Below are positions 1 through 8,625 of a DNA stretch of 64,000 nucleotides, one piece after another. A program made the position numbers and the translations under genes. The notes beneath the pieces were generated by a model, which saw only the letters and a program-made list of their open reading frames with translations, had not been told where the DNA came from and made no database searches. This DNA comes from Escherichia phage vB_EcoP_ShWW44: the sequence record PQ900156.1. One strand, 5' to 3'. Positions within the stretch are counted from its first letter, which is position 1; each line of letters opens with the position of its first letter.

Positions 1-48
1 TTGTAATGGCAGGATGGATAGCTTTTGCTATCTACTGTGTAAACAACT

Positions 49-77
49 AACCCTCTTAACGGAGGGTTTATTTTTTA
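49..77 (+). terminator. intrinsic terminator (hairpin + T-tract) ending the upstream gene outside the window
   Basis: Stem CCCTC/GAGGG with flanking A-T pairs, followed by TTTATTTTTT. Confidence 0.6.
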
Positions 78-123
78 CATGTCATGTATACTAATCCTGC
101 TATTTACTTATGAGGAAATTGAT

Positions 124-957
124 ATGCCAACTTTGAAAGTAGGTTTTAACAAAACCACTAATGTTGCAACTGTACTGGATGCAGGTGGTTCTATTCCAGG
201 TGGTTCCGTAGAAGTAGGTACTTTTGTACACCCGGATGCCACTTACCCTGATAGCTTAGTTATCTATCATGGAGTTCGTGATCTGTTGTATAAACGCTCT
301 GCTAAAAACCCTGCTGAAGAAGGCTTCTGGCCTAATAACATCGTGGATATGCAGTCTATCTCTATTGATATGAAAGCTACTCCACGACTGACTGTCGCTA
401 CCAAACTGTCTCGTGTAGTCTCCGCTATCGAAGGTGAAGACATTAACTGGCATGTTGATGTAGCAGGTGGTAAAGCACCATTTACTTATAAATGGCAATT
501 CAAAGTTGATACCGTTGGTGCAGCATTCGCTGATATTAGTTCCAGTACTAACCCATCTGCTGCTACTGCAACGCTGACTCTTAAAGACATAACAGCTGCT
601 TCTGCTGGTACTTATAAAGTGATTGTTACTGATGCTAATGGAACCACTGTAGAAGATGAGTCACTGCTGGCTGTAGGCTATTACGAAGCAAGCTCCCTGG
701 TAGCTACTCCTGCTTCACTGGCTCTGTCTGTTGCTGACGATCTTGCTGCTGGTAAAACCGTAACCATTGCTGCTATGCCTGTTGGTTCTTCTGCTGGTAC
801 TTTGTCTATCAAGACTGCTCCAGATTCTGCTCGTGCTACGGCTACCATTGCTGGTAACGTACTGACAGTTAAACCAGTGGCTGCTGGTGAAGCTACTTCT
901 GTAGTAGTTACCAATGGTACGGTCGATGTAACTATCCCTGTTACTGTTGCAGAATAA
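124..957 (+). CDS. Ig-like (Big_2-type) repeat protein, probable capsid decoration protein (N4 gp17-like by position)
   Basis: ORF track 79..957; start moved to ATG 124, which has GAGGA 8 nt upstream; Thr/Ala/Val-rich beta-repeat composition; lies first in the middle block as in N4. Confidence 0.55.
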   Translation: MPTLKVGFNKTTNVATVLDAGGSIPGGSVEVGTFVHPDATYPDSLVIYHGVRDLLYKRSAKNPAEEGFWPNNIVDMQSISIDMKATPRLTVATKLSRVVSAIEGEDINWHVDVAGGKAPFTYKWQFKVDTVGAAFADISSSTNPSAATATLTLKDITAASAGTYKVIVTDANGTTVEDESLLAVGYYEASSLVATPASLALSVADDLAAGKTVTIAAMPVGSSAGTLSIKTAPDSARATATIAGNVLTVKPVAAGEATSVVVTNGTVDVTIPVTVAE

Positions 958-979
958 GGGTATCCTTTTTTGGGGTTAT

Positions 980-1005
980 AGCCCTCCTTAGCGAGGGCTT
1001 TCTTG
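980..1005 (+). terminator. intrinsic terminator
   Basis: AGCCCTC-cttagc-GAGGGCT hairpin followed by TTTCTT. Confidence 0.6.
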
Positions 1006-1024
1006 TATCTATAGGAGAGTAAAA

Positions 1025-1339
1025 ATGGCGCAAAAATTGCGTGTATGGCACATTCCCCAAGTGCCAATGAAGGCATTTCAAGTAGAGACTAATAGTCTTC
1101 AGGAAGCTGTTAAGATTAAGAATGCGTTAGCAGATTATGATCTATTCCAATATGAGAACAATGTCAAAGGCGATTATGCTAATGCTAACGGTATTGAGAT
1201 GTGGGATGAGACTATCTCCGATCAAGAACTAGTGGAGATGGGTTTAGAAGACCGTTGGGTAGATTGGTATATTGAAACTGAAGATGGTTTCTTTGATGAC
1301 CCAGAAGAGTATCTGAATTATCTAATCAAGCAAGTATGA
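1025..1339 (+). CDS. hypothetical acidic protein (104 aa)
   Basis: ORF with AGGAGAG RBS; Asp/Glu-rich. Confidence 0.6.
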   Translation: MAQKLRVWHIPQVPMKAFQVETNSLQEAVKIKNALADYDLFQYENNVKGDYANANGIEMWDETISDQELVEMGLEDRWVDWYIETEDGFFDDPEEYLNYLIKQV

Positions 1340-1385
1340 TTGCTTTATTTGGGGTTATAAACCCTGAAATGAAACCCTCAAGTTT

Positions 1386-1415
1386 GACCTCCCTATTAAA
1401 GGGAGGTCTTTTTTT
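1386..1415 (+). terminator. intrinsic terminator
   Basis: GACCTCCC-tattaaa-GGGAGGTC hairpin followed by TTTTTTT. Confidence 0.7.
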
Positions 1416-1440
1416 GACTTAAACATTCTGGAGCCGGGAA

Positions 1441-1653
1441 ATGTATAAAGAGATTGCATTCTTCTCATTCTTACTTGGTGGTTTAATAGGTGCAGGATTT
1501 GTAGCTATTTCTAATACCTACTTTGGTTCTACTCCAAACTCTGTAACTCAAACCCTCAAGCATGAATGTGAATTGAATATCCCTCGTAATCAAAAATGTG
1601 TAATGCAGTTCGTACCGGAGAAAAATGAATATCCACAATCTACGTTTGGTTGA
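1441..1653 (+). CDS. small membrane protein (70 aa, one N-terminal TM helix)
   Basis: Hydrophobic segment FFSFLLGGLIGAGFVAI. Confidence 0.45.
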   Translation: MYKEIAFFSFLLGGLIGAGFVAISNTYFGSTPNSVTQTLKHECELNIPRNQKCVMQFVPEKNEYPQSTFG

Positions 1654-1885
1654 GAAACTGTATGAAGAATACAATGACAACCGACAGCAATTAGCTAGTT
1701 TGAAGAAGTCACCACATATGGTGAAAGTATCATTCAATGGTACGGATTTAGGACCGCAAGCCCGTACAAGAATACTTCCTGAACTACTGTCCTTTTATCA
1801 AAGGAGGGTTGCTGTTTTAGAGAAACGCTTTGAACATTTAGGTGTAGATTTATCACATCTTCCAGATGAAGGAGAAGATGAATGA
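1625..1885 (+). CDS. hypothetical protein (86 aa)
   Basis: ORF with GGAGAAAA RBS; 29-nt overlap with upstream ORF. Confidence 0.45.
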   Translation: MNIHNLRLVEKLYEEYNDNRQQLASLKKSPHMVKVSFNGTDLGPQARTRILPELLSFYQRRVAVLEKRFEHLGVDLSHLPDEGEDE

Positions 1886-2067
1886 AAGTAACCCAGTCCC
1901 AAGCAATCTTCCTTCGTATGGTTCAAGGTGGCTCTGCCACCAGCAACCGTAATAACAAAACCGCACAGTCCCTTAAGAAGCTGGGCTTAGTTCAGTTCAA
2001 TGCTGGTCTTGGGTGGTCATTAACCCTTATCGGTGTACTTAAACTCAATGAAATGAAAGGTAAATAA
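1882..2067 (+). CDS. hypothetical protein (61 aa)
   Basis: ATGA start/stop overlap with upstream ORF (translational coupling). Confidence 0.4.
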   Translation: MKVTQSQAIFLRMVQGGSATSNRNNKTAQSLKKLGLVQFNAGLGWSLTLIGVLKLNEMKGK

Positions 2068-2397
2068 ATGAAAACTTTACTTAAAGGTATTGCAGTAGCT
2101 GCGCTGATAGCTTTGGTTCCAAATGCACAAGCAGTTAAACCAGAACCAATTCTGGAAGGTGCTCAGGCTTACCTGGATGACACCCGTGATGCATTCGGAC
2201 AAGGGTTCTTCATGGGCAGTATGATCTCTTACATCGAGAACACAGATAACTGTGTACCGGATGGTATGAAGTATTCAGACATTCTGCCTAAGATTGCCAA
2301 AGTAGTTATTTATGACTCTGCAATCCTCAAATTGAAGAATACATCCCAAATTGTTGTGTACTCAGTACACAAGGCATATCCCTGCACCAAATCTTAA
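2068..2397 (+). CDS. secreted/periplasmic protein with N-terminal signal peptide
   Basis: MKTLLKGIAVAALIALVPNAQA has the n/h/c layout of a Sec signal with an AQA cleavage motif. Confidence 0.55.
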   Translation: MKTLLKGIAVAALIALVPNAQAVKPEPILEGAQAYLDDTRDAFGQGFFMGSMISYIENTDNCVPDGMKYSDILPKIAKVVIYDSAILKLKNTSQIVVYSVHKAYPCTKS

Positions 2398-2431
2398 TCA
2401 GTAATTCCATTAGCTTTAGGAGAGTAAGTAA

Positions 2432-3484
2432 ATGGCAAGCATCGACTCCTTGACCGTATGTAATACACGTCAAGCTCGTAACTTTATTATCCGTGCCCTT
2501 AGAGCAGGTAACGTACCGTTCCTGACTTCATCACCAGGAATGGGCAAATCTGCAATTATTCGTTCTGTTGCAGAAGAATTTGGTATGAAGCTGATAGACC
2601 ATCGTCTGTCTACTTCTGCCCCAGAAGATTTGTCTGGATTACCATTCCGTAATGGTGACCGTGCAGAGTTTATCCCATTCGCTGACCTATTCCCCATTGA
2701 AGGGGATGAAGTACCAGAAGGTTATAATGGTTGGCTCCTGTTCCTTGATGAGTTCCCGTCCGCTCGCAAAGAAGTAATAGCTGCTGCATACAAACTGATT
2801 CTAGACCGTATGACTGGTCAGAAAAAACTTCATCCTAACGTGATGATTGTCTGTGCTGGTAACAAAGCTACTGACCGTGCCATTGTTAACCCATTAGGTA
2901 CTGCAATGCAGTCTCGTGTGGTTCACTTTGAGATGGAACTTAACTTCGACATTTTTGTTGAAGACGTAATGATTCCTCAGCAATGGGATGAACGTCTGGT
3001 TGCATTCTTACATGCTAACCCTGGTTATCTGCATGACTTCGACCCAGCTCATAAGAACAAAACGTTCTGTTGTCCTCGTACTTGGGACTTTGTTAATAAA
3101 GACCTCAAGAACTTGCCAGAAGGTGCTCTGCCTGATGAGGATTCTATCTACTATGCAGGACACGTCACTGCTGGTAAGGCTACAGAGTTTGTTCAATTCA
3201 CTCAAGTATACAATCGTATGATTACGATTGAGAAGGTAGTTAAAGACCCACTGGGCTGTGCACTACCGGAGGATAACAACCTGTGCTGGGCTACTGTTAA
3301 CCATCTGGCTAACAAAACTACTGAAGAGAACTTTGCTGATGTTCTTCAGTACATTGAACGCTTTAAAACGTTCACCCATAAGATTCTGTACTTCCGTACA
3401 GTAGGCAATGCATTACCAGATCTTCTGGCTACCCCTGAATGGCGTAAGGCTGCTGCTAATATCTCTCGTTACATTCACGGATAA
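2432..3484 (+). CDS. MoxR-like AAA+ ATPase
   Basis: Walker A SSPGMGKSAI; Walker B LLFLDEF; AGGAGAG RBS. Confidence 0.7.
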   Translation: MASIDSLTVCNTRQARNFIIRALRAGNVPFLTSSPGMGKSAIIRSVAEEFGMKLIDHRLSTSAPEDLSGLPFRNGDRAEFIPFADLFPIEGDEVPEGYNGWLLFLDEFPSARKEVIAAAYKLILDRMTGQKKLHPNVMIVCAGNKATDRAIVNPLGTAMQSRVVHFEMELNFDIFVEDVMIPQQWDERLVAFLHANPGYLHDFDPAHKNKTFCCPRTWDFVNKDLKNLPEGALPDEDSIYYAGHVTAGKATEFVQFTQVYNRMITIEKVVKDPLGCALPEDNNLCWATVNHLANKTTEENFADVLQYIERFKTFTHKILYFRTVGNALPDLLATPEWRKAAANISRYIHG

Positions 3485-3491
3485 TCACAAC

Positions 3492-4667
3492 ATGAACCAA
3501 TTTCCTCAGCACACACTTAGTGATGAACAACTCATGCGTGAGTATGACCGTATTCAGGCTCAGGCGTTTCTCGGAGGCAGTGCTGCGTTCTTTGGTTCAT
3601 TACTGTGTAGTCTTAAATTCTCATGGAAACGCGAGGGTTGCCCCACTGCACGTACTGATGGGATAGAACTCCATTTCAATCCAGACTTCTTTATCTGGAT
3701 GTGTCCAGATGCAAGAGAAACAGTGCTTATGCATGAATTATGGCATGTGGCATATCTACATGACATTCGTCGTGGAAGACGTGACCCAGAAGTCTGGAAC
3801 CAGGCATGTGACCACTTCATTAACCTTCAGTTAGAAGAAGATGGCTACAAGTTCACTGGCATTGATAAAGGTATTTGCAAAGACCCTCAATATAAAGGAT
3901 GGGTCGAAGAAGACATCTACGATGACCTGATGAAGAACCCTCAGAAAAGGCAAAAGCCGTCGGGGGGTGCTGGAGCAGGTCTTGCTGGCGACATGAAATC
4001 CCCCACTTCGGGGCAGTCCCAGGGTGCTGTCGTCAACAACGTAGTACGTGCAATGCAGAGCCAGAAGATGGCTGGTGGACAGATGCCCGGTAAGGGTGCT
4101 GGTCGTATGGAAGAGGTTATTACCCAATTCCTTAAACCAGTAGTTCCCTGGCAGGAAGTTCTGATGAACTTCTTTACCGACATTGATGACACCCATTATA
4201 CGTGGGCCAGACCTAATCGTCGTTACACTGACATCTATCTACCTTCCCTGGAAGATGATGAAGGACGTTTACGTCACTTAGCATACTTTGAGGATGTATC
4301 TGGTTCTATTAGTGGTGCTGACTCTCTGCGTTTTAACTCAGAGGTTGCCTACGTTAAGAGCCAGTTCAATCCTAAGAAGATGTCCTTAATTACCTTCGAC
4401 GATATTATCCAAGAAGAGATGGACATCACTGAAGAAGATACTTTCGAAGAAATTAAGATTACAGGTCGTGGTGGTACAAACCTTGAACCAGTACGTGAAT
4501 GGATTATTAAGAATAAGCCAACCGCTGCAATCATATTCTCCGATATGTATGTTCGCCCAATGGAAGAATTGCCATTTGATATCCCTATCATCTGGTGTGT
4601 TCTAAATAATCCTAATGCTACCGTACCTTTTGGGGAGGTAGTTCATATCCCTAAAGGAATGAAATAA
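3492..4667 (+). CDS. VWA-domain protein with N-terminal HExxH metallopeptidase-like domain (partner of the AAA ATPase)
   Basis: HELWHVAYLH motif; start set to first ATG after the ATPase stop (track ORF begins at 3408 inside the ATPase gene). Confidence 0.6.
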   Translation: MNQFPQHTLSDEQLMREYDRIQAQAFLGGSAAFFGSLLCSLKFSWKREGCPTARTDGIELHFNPDFFIWMCPDARETVLMHELWHVAYLHDIRRGRRDPEVWNQACDHFINLQLEEDGYKFTGIDKGICKDPQYKGWVEEDIYDDLMKNPQKRQKPSGGAGAGLAGDMKSPTSGQSQGAVVNNVVRAMQSQKMAGGQMPGKGAGRMEEVITQFLKPVVPWQEVLMNFFTDIDDTHYTWARPNRRYTDIYLPSLEDDEGRLRHLAYFEDVSGSISGADSLRFNSEVAYVKSQFNPKKMSLITFDDIIQEEMDITEEDTFEEIKITGRGGTNLEPVREWIIKNKPTAAIIFSDMYVRPMEELPFDIPIIWCVLNNPNATVPFGEVVHIPKGMK

Positions 4668-5173
4668 TGGTTGTTAATGGTAATTCCCTGTATCGTTCAT
4701 CTCAACTGCTGGATGTCCCAGACCGTAAGGTATCTAAACACGGTGTAAGCTATGGATTGGGGGAAGCTGGTTATGATATTCGCATCAAACAAGATATTAC
4801 CTTCTATCGCTTATTTGGGTTGATTCCAATGGTGAAAGTCGTTGATGGAAATCAAGTATCACGCCATCTCGGTAAGTTCACATTGGCTTCAGCAATTGAG
4901 AAGTTCAACATGTCCCCATCCTGTGTAGCCATCGTTCACGATAAGTCTACTTGGGCAAGACGTGCATTATCTGTATTCAATACCGTAATAGAACCAGGAT
5001 GGAAAGGGTATTTGACTCTTGAACTGGTCTATCATGGTCGTAAGAAATTGCATATCCCGGCTGGTTCTGGGATAGCTCAAGTATTATTTCATCTGGTTCA
5101 GGAACCTGCTAATTACAATGGCAAGTACATGAACCAGGAAAACCAACCAGTAGCTGCAAGAAGCAGTAAATAA
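4667..5173 (+). CDS. dcd: dCTP deaminase / dUTPase-fold protein
   Basis: KSTWARRALSVFNTVIEPGWKGYLTLEL resembles the dCTP deaminase core; TAATG overlap with upstream gene. Confidence 0.6.
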   Translation: MVVNGNSLYRSSQLLDVPDRKVSKHGVSYGLGEAGYDIRIKQDITFYRLFGLIPMVKVVDGNQVSRHLGKFTLASAIEKFNMSPSCVAIVHDKSTWARRALSVFNTVIEPGWKGYLTLELVYHGRKKLHIPAGSGIAQVLFHLVQEPANYNGKYMNQENQPVAARSSK

Positions 5174-5182
5174 GGAAAACTC

Positions 5183-5392
5183 ATGTCAGTATTTCAAGTA
5201 ACTAATGCAACCTCAAATGTACGTGTAACCATTAATGCTGCAAACGTGATTGCAGTGGAACTGATTCCACTGTCTGATTGTGCACGTATCACATTCGTAA
5301 ATGATGGTGCTATGGAAACCAAAGAAACCTATCGTTCTGTGCGTAATTATCTGAAGAAAGCTCTTGCTCCAGCAAGTAAAGATGCTGAGTAA
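5183..5392 (+). CDS. hypothetical protein (69 aa)
   Basis: ORF only. Confidence 0.4.
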   Translation: MSVFQVTNATSNVRVTINAANVIAVELIPLSDCARITFVNDGAMETKETYRSVRNYLKKALAPASKDAE

Positions 5393-5406
5393 GTAGCTGC
5401 CTAGAT

Positions 5407-5430
5407 AGCCCAACTATGTTGGGCTATTTG
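5407..5430 (+). terminator. probable intrinsic terminator
   Basis: AGCCCAAC/GTTGGGCT hairpin followed by ATTTG. Confidence 0.45.
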
Positions 5431-5465
5431 CGAAGAAACTAACTCAACCCCACATAGGAACCATC

Positions 5466-5717
5466 ATGGAATCTTTAGCAGCAATCCTTGTACTGTTGTT
5501 TGTATTAGCCGTATACCTTATCCCTACTATCATTGCTTTTGCACGAGGTCATGCCTCTAAGTGGGGTATTGGTGTGCTTAATATCGTATTAGGCTGGTCA
5601 CTGGTATTTTGGGTAGTAGCACTTATTTGGGCACTGTCTAATAAAGGAACTACAATCGTTAACGTTGGCAGTGGTAACCAGTACAACGTGTCTCAAACGA
5701 GCAGCAAAGCAGAGTAA
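5466..5717 (+). CDS. superinfection-immunity (Imm)-like two-TM membrane protein
   Basis: 83 aa, two TM helices; LIPTIIAFARGH...LNIVLGWSLVFWVVALIWAL resembles the Imm family pattern. Confidence 0.6.
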   Translation: MESLAAILVLLFVLAVYLIPTIIAFARGHASKWGIGVLNIVLGWSLVFWVVALIWALSNKGTTIVNVGSGNQYNVSQTSSKAE

Positions 5718-5790
5718 CTAATCTAAGCATCATTAATAGGGTGCTTGTGGAAGTTACTTCCAGCTCATTGCTTATCCATCTCCTAACCCA

Positions 5791-5816
5791 AGCCCACCTA
5801 ACCCGTGGGCTTTTTT
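5791..5816 (+). terminator. intrinsic terminator
   Basis: AGCCCAC-ctaaccc-GTGGGCT followed by TTTTTT. Confidence 0.65.
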
Positions 5817-5862
5817 AATTACAGGTACTTCTTATGACAAACAGACGAATGGTAAGTCTATC

Positions 5863-6211
5863 TTGTATGGGCTGGACTTAAGTAAGCTAGAACAAACAGC
5901 AATGCTTACTTTAGGTAAAACTATCCATGACCAAGTGGAGAATGAAAATGTATTAGATCTTTACACAACAATGCAGGTTCTTGTTCAAAAAGATGGACTA
6001 CTAGCAGACCTTTTCCTTCATACATTCCCCCAGAACCGCATCTGAAATCTAAGGTAGACCGTATCATAGATAAGTTCTGGCTTAGCCCGTGTTATGACGA
6101 AATGCATCTTTACTTGGCTCAAATACAAAAGAATCCTTATACCAAAGATGTATTTAAGGGTAAGAGTACTACTCACCACTACCCCTGGTATAGAAGAGGT
6201 AGCAAATACTA
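5863..6211 (+). pseudogene. possibly frameshifted gene: ORF 5863..6045 continues in another frame to 6211
   Basis: Frame of 5863..6045 stops at 6043-6045; an ATG-less open frame runs 5946..6211 and ends overlapping the next start; homopolymer CCCCC at about 6026-6030 lies in the overlap. Confidence 0.3.
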
Positions 6212-6655
6212 ATGCGTATCCCATTCCTGAGAAAAAGGGAACGAAATCCTGTTCTTTACAATAAAGGCATAGAGGATGAGTATGAACTCAATCGTAAAGC
6301 TCGTTCCTACACAACAGAATTATTCATAGGGACTAGAAATCCTGATAGATTATTGGACTTTGTTTTTGAACAAGTCTTTATCATATACAGATTAGCTATG
6401 ACTGCTGGTTCACAAGAAGTGGGTGATAAGGCAAGACATGCTCTCTGTATGCTCCGTAAAGAGTATGAAGCCCTCATGTATGAAGACTTGTACTCCTTTA
6501 AAGAAGAAACCGCTGTAGCGTGTTCTGTGGCTCTTACTGAAGGTGTAGCAGTATTACAAGAACTACCTCGTAGTGAGTTTAAGCTGGTATACGCTCAGGT
6601 TAAGAGAATCACAGAGACGAGAAGTGGTATCACTAACTATCTAAGGTCATTCTAA
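6212..6655 (+). CDS. hypothetical protein (147 aa)
   Basis: ORF; stop overlaps thyX-like start. Confidence 0.55.
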   Translation: MRIPFLRKRERNPVLYNKGIEDEYELNRKARSYTTELFIGTRNPDRLLDFVFEQVFIIYRLAMTAGSQEVGDKARHALCMLRKEYEALMYEDLYSFKEETAVACSVALTEGVAVLQELPRSEFKLVYAQVKRITETRSGITNYLRSF

Positions 6656-7599
6656 TGATTAAGGCATCAGTTATTGCAGATTCCGTTCATCCAGAAACAG
6701 GAACTCGTATCACAACCTTTGAATTGGTTTATCCCCGATTCATTCACAGTGAATTTATGACTCACCGTGTATTCAACCGTAATGCTTCAAGTAGCCGTGC
6801 TATTCCTACTTCTAAATTAATTGAACAGGTTCGTAATGAACCAGTGATGCCAAGTCACTGGGGCAAGAACCAGAAAGGTATGCAAGCAGAAGAAGAACTC
6901 ACTCCTATGGAGATTGAGGATGCTAAGTTTATCTGGGATAACGCTGCATCTGCTGCTGCTGTGTACGCTGAACAGCTACGTCGTGGACAAGTACATAAGC
7001 AAATTGTTAACCGTATTCTGGAACCCTTCACACATATCCGTGTAGTAGTAACTTCAACTAGCTGGGCTAATTTCTATGGACTGCGTGACCACAAAGATGC
7101 ACAACCAGAGATTCGTGAACTGGCTCAAGCAATGCGTAAGGCACATGAAGAAAGCACACCAAGAGCATTACCGTATGGGCATTGGCATTTGCCATATATT
7201 GCTCATATTGACCGTGTTGGGGCTTACAATTTCTGCAAACGTAATCGAGTTACACGCGATGAACCAAGTGATGCAGAAGTATATGGCTTACTTCTCAAAG
7301 TAAGTGCTGCACGCTGTGCTCGTGCTTCTTATAACAACTTTGAAGGACGACCTTCTACTATCGAAGAAGACCTTGGCTTATTCGCTAAGTTAGTAGAAAA
7401 CCAACCTATTCATGCTTCACCAACGGAACATCAGGCTACGCCTATGAACCTTGGTGAAAAATATGTGAATAACATGAACCCAGTTACATGGGAACAAGGT
7501 GTTACATCCATGGATAAAGAAGGGAATCTGTACTCAGGTAACCTGCTCCACTTTATCCAATTCCGTAAATTAATTCCTGGTGAGACTATTACTGAATGA
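6655..7599 (+). CDS. thyX: flavin-dependent thymidylate synthase (ThyX)-like
   Basis: FMTHRVFNRNASSSRAIP fits the ThyX (R)HR-x7-S...R signature. Confidence 0.5.
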   Translation: MIKASVIADSVHPETGTRITTFELVYPRFIHSEFMTHRVFNRNASSSRAIPTSKLIEQVRNEPVMPSHWGKNQKGMQAEEELTPMEIEDAKFIWDNAASAAAVYAEQLRRGQVHKQIVNRILEPFTHIRVVVTSTSWANFYGLRDHKDAQPEIRELAQAMRKAHEESTPRALPYGHWHLPYIAHIDRVGAYNFCKRNRVTRDEPSDAEVYGLLLKVSAARCARASYNNFEGRPSTIEEDLGLFAKLVENQPIHASPTEHQATPMNLGEKYVNNMNPVTWEQGVTSMDKEGNLYSGNLLHFIQFRKLIPGETITE

Positions 7600-7834
7600 A
7601 AAACTAGCTCTATACGCAATGCTAATTAGTACCCTACTAACACTGACCTACGCATACAAAGTTGCCTTTGTCGTAGAAACAGATATGCAGTTCATTCGAG
7701 CTAGTATTCTGTTCTTTGTAAGTGAAATTGGTTTGTGGTGTATCTACTACTTTGCTCGTGACTACGAAGCAATTCGTGAGCAGGAAGAAGTAAAAAGACA
7801 AATGATACGATTTGTAGAACAAAATCGTAAGTAA
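7580..7834 (+). CDS. small membrane protein (84 aa, two TM)
   Basis: Hydrophobic segments LALYAMLISTLLTLTYAY and ILFFVSEIGLWCIYYF. Confidence 0.45.
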   Translation: MRLLLNEKLALYAMLISTLLTLTYAYKVAFVVETDMQFIRASILFFVSEIGLWCIYYFARDYEAIREQEEVKRQMIRFVEQNRK

Positions 7835-7839
7835 ACCTA

Positions 7840-7866
7840 AGACCTCCTCCGGGAGGTCTTTTTTTG
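7840..7866 (+). terminator. intrinsic terminator
   Basis: GACCTCC-tccg-GGAGGTC followed by TTTTTTT. Confidence 0.7.
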
Positions 7867-7894
7867 GTTTCAATTAACTCTTTCAGGAGGGCAT

Positions 7895-8107
7895 ATGCCT
7901 GCTAAATACCGTATCAAAGACACACCAGTAATGTGTGAAGGTGAGAAGGGTGACATTGTATATGCCTGTATTCAGGATGATTTCAATGCTGCTCTTATGT
8001 TAACCCAAATGACAAATACACTGCATGTATCAGTAACACTGGATCCTACTGGTGACTATCCATGCTTTCCTATTCCTGCCCATAACCTGGAGCAAATCCA
8101 TGATTAA
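7895..8107 (+). CDS. hypothetical protein (70 aa)
   Basis: ORF with GGAGGG RBS. Confidence 0.5.
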   Translation: MPAKYRIKDTPVMCEGEKGDIVYACIQDDFNAALMLTQMTNTLHVSVTLDPTGDYPCFPIPAHNLEQIHD

Positions 8108-8414
8108 CCCTGAAGTAATTCATAGTAAAACCGGTAAGGCTGTCCCACTTAGTGAGATTGCAGTTACAGGTGATATTGCTGCTTGTCCTGCAAATATCGC
8201 TTCCCTCTGTATGTGCATTGCCGCACTGGCAGAAGAACGTAAGTTATGGTTGGAACCAAGCAAGGAAATGATTCAGGCTGGTTTGGCTGAAGTAAAAACA
8301 CGTCTGAGAGAACTGGATGAAGAGAACGGCCCACTCCTTGGACCAACTGATAAACAAATATCAGATATGGCTGTGTTTGTATTGCAAGCAATGGCAGGTA
8401 AACGCAATGGCTAA
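8099..8414 (+). CDS. hypothetical protein (about 105 aa)
   Basis: Start trimmed to ATG overlapping upstream stop (ATGATTAA). Confidence 0.45.
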
Positions 8415-8598
8415 TGTAAATATCGCCTCAGAGAAAACGTATAGCATTCAGATTAACGGTTTAACCGAATATCAGGTCTTATTCCTAATGAATGCTTTTC
8501 AAAATAGTCCTGTAGGTCACCATCCTAATGATGAACCACGGGAAGAAGCTGAACTTCGTAAAGCTATTTTTGATAAGTGTAAACAAGTTCTAATGTAA
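8407..8598 (+). CDS. hypothetical protein (about 63 aa)
   Basis: Start trimmed to ATG overlapping upstream stop (ATGGCTAA). Confidence 0.4.
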   Translation: MANVNIASEKTYSIQINGLTEYQVLFLMNAFQNSPVGHHPNDEPREEAELRKAIFDKCKQVLM

Positions 8599-8625
8599 GC
8601 AACATTTAATCTGGAGAGTAAATAA

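Noticed and set aside
3408-3491. Track start of the VWA ORF at 3408
   Set aside because: Overlaps the last 77 nt of the AAA ATPase gene; first ATG after the ATPase stop (3492) was preferred.
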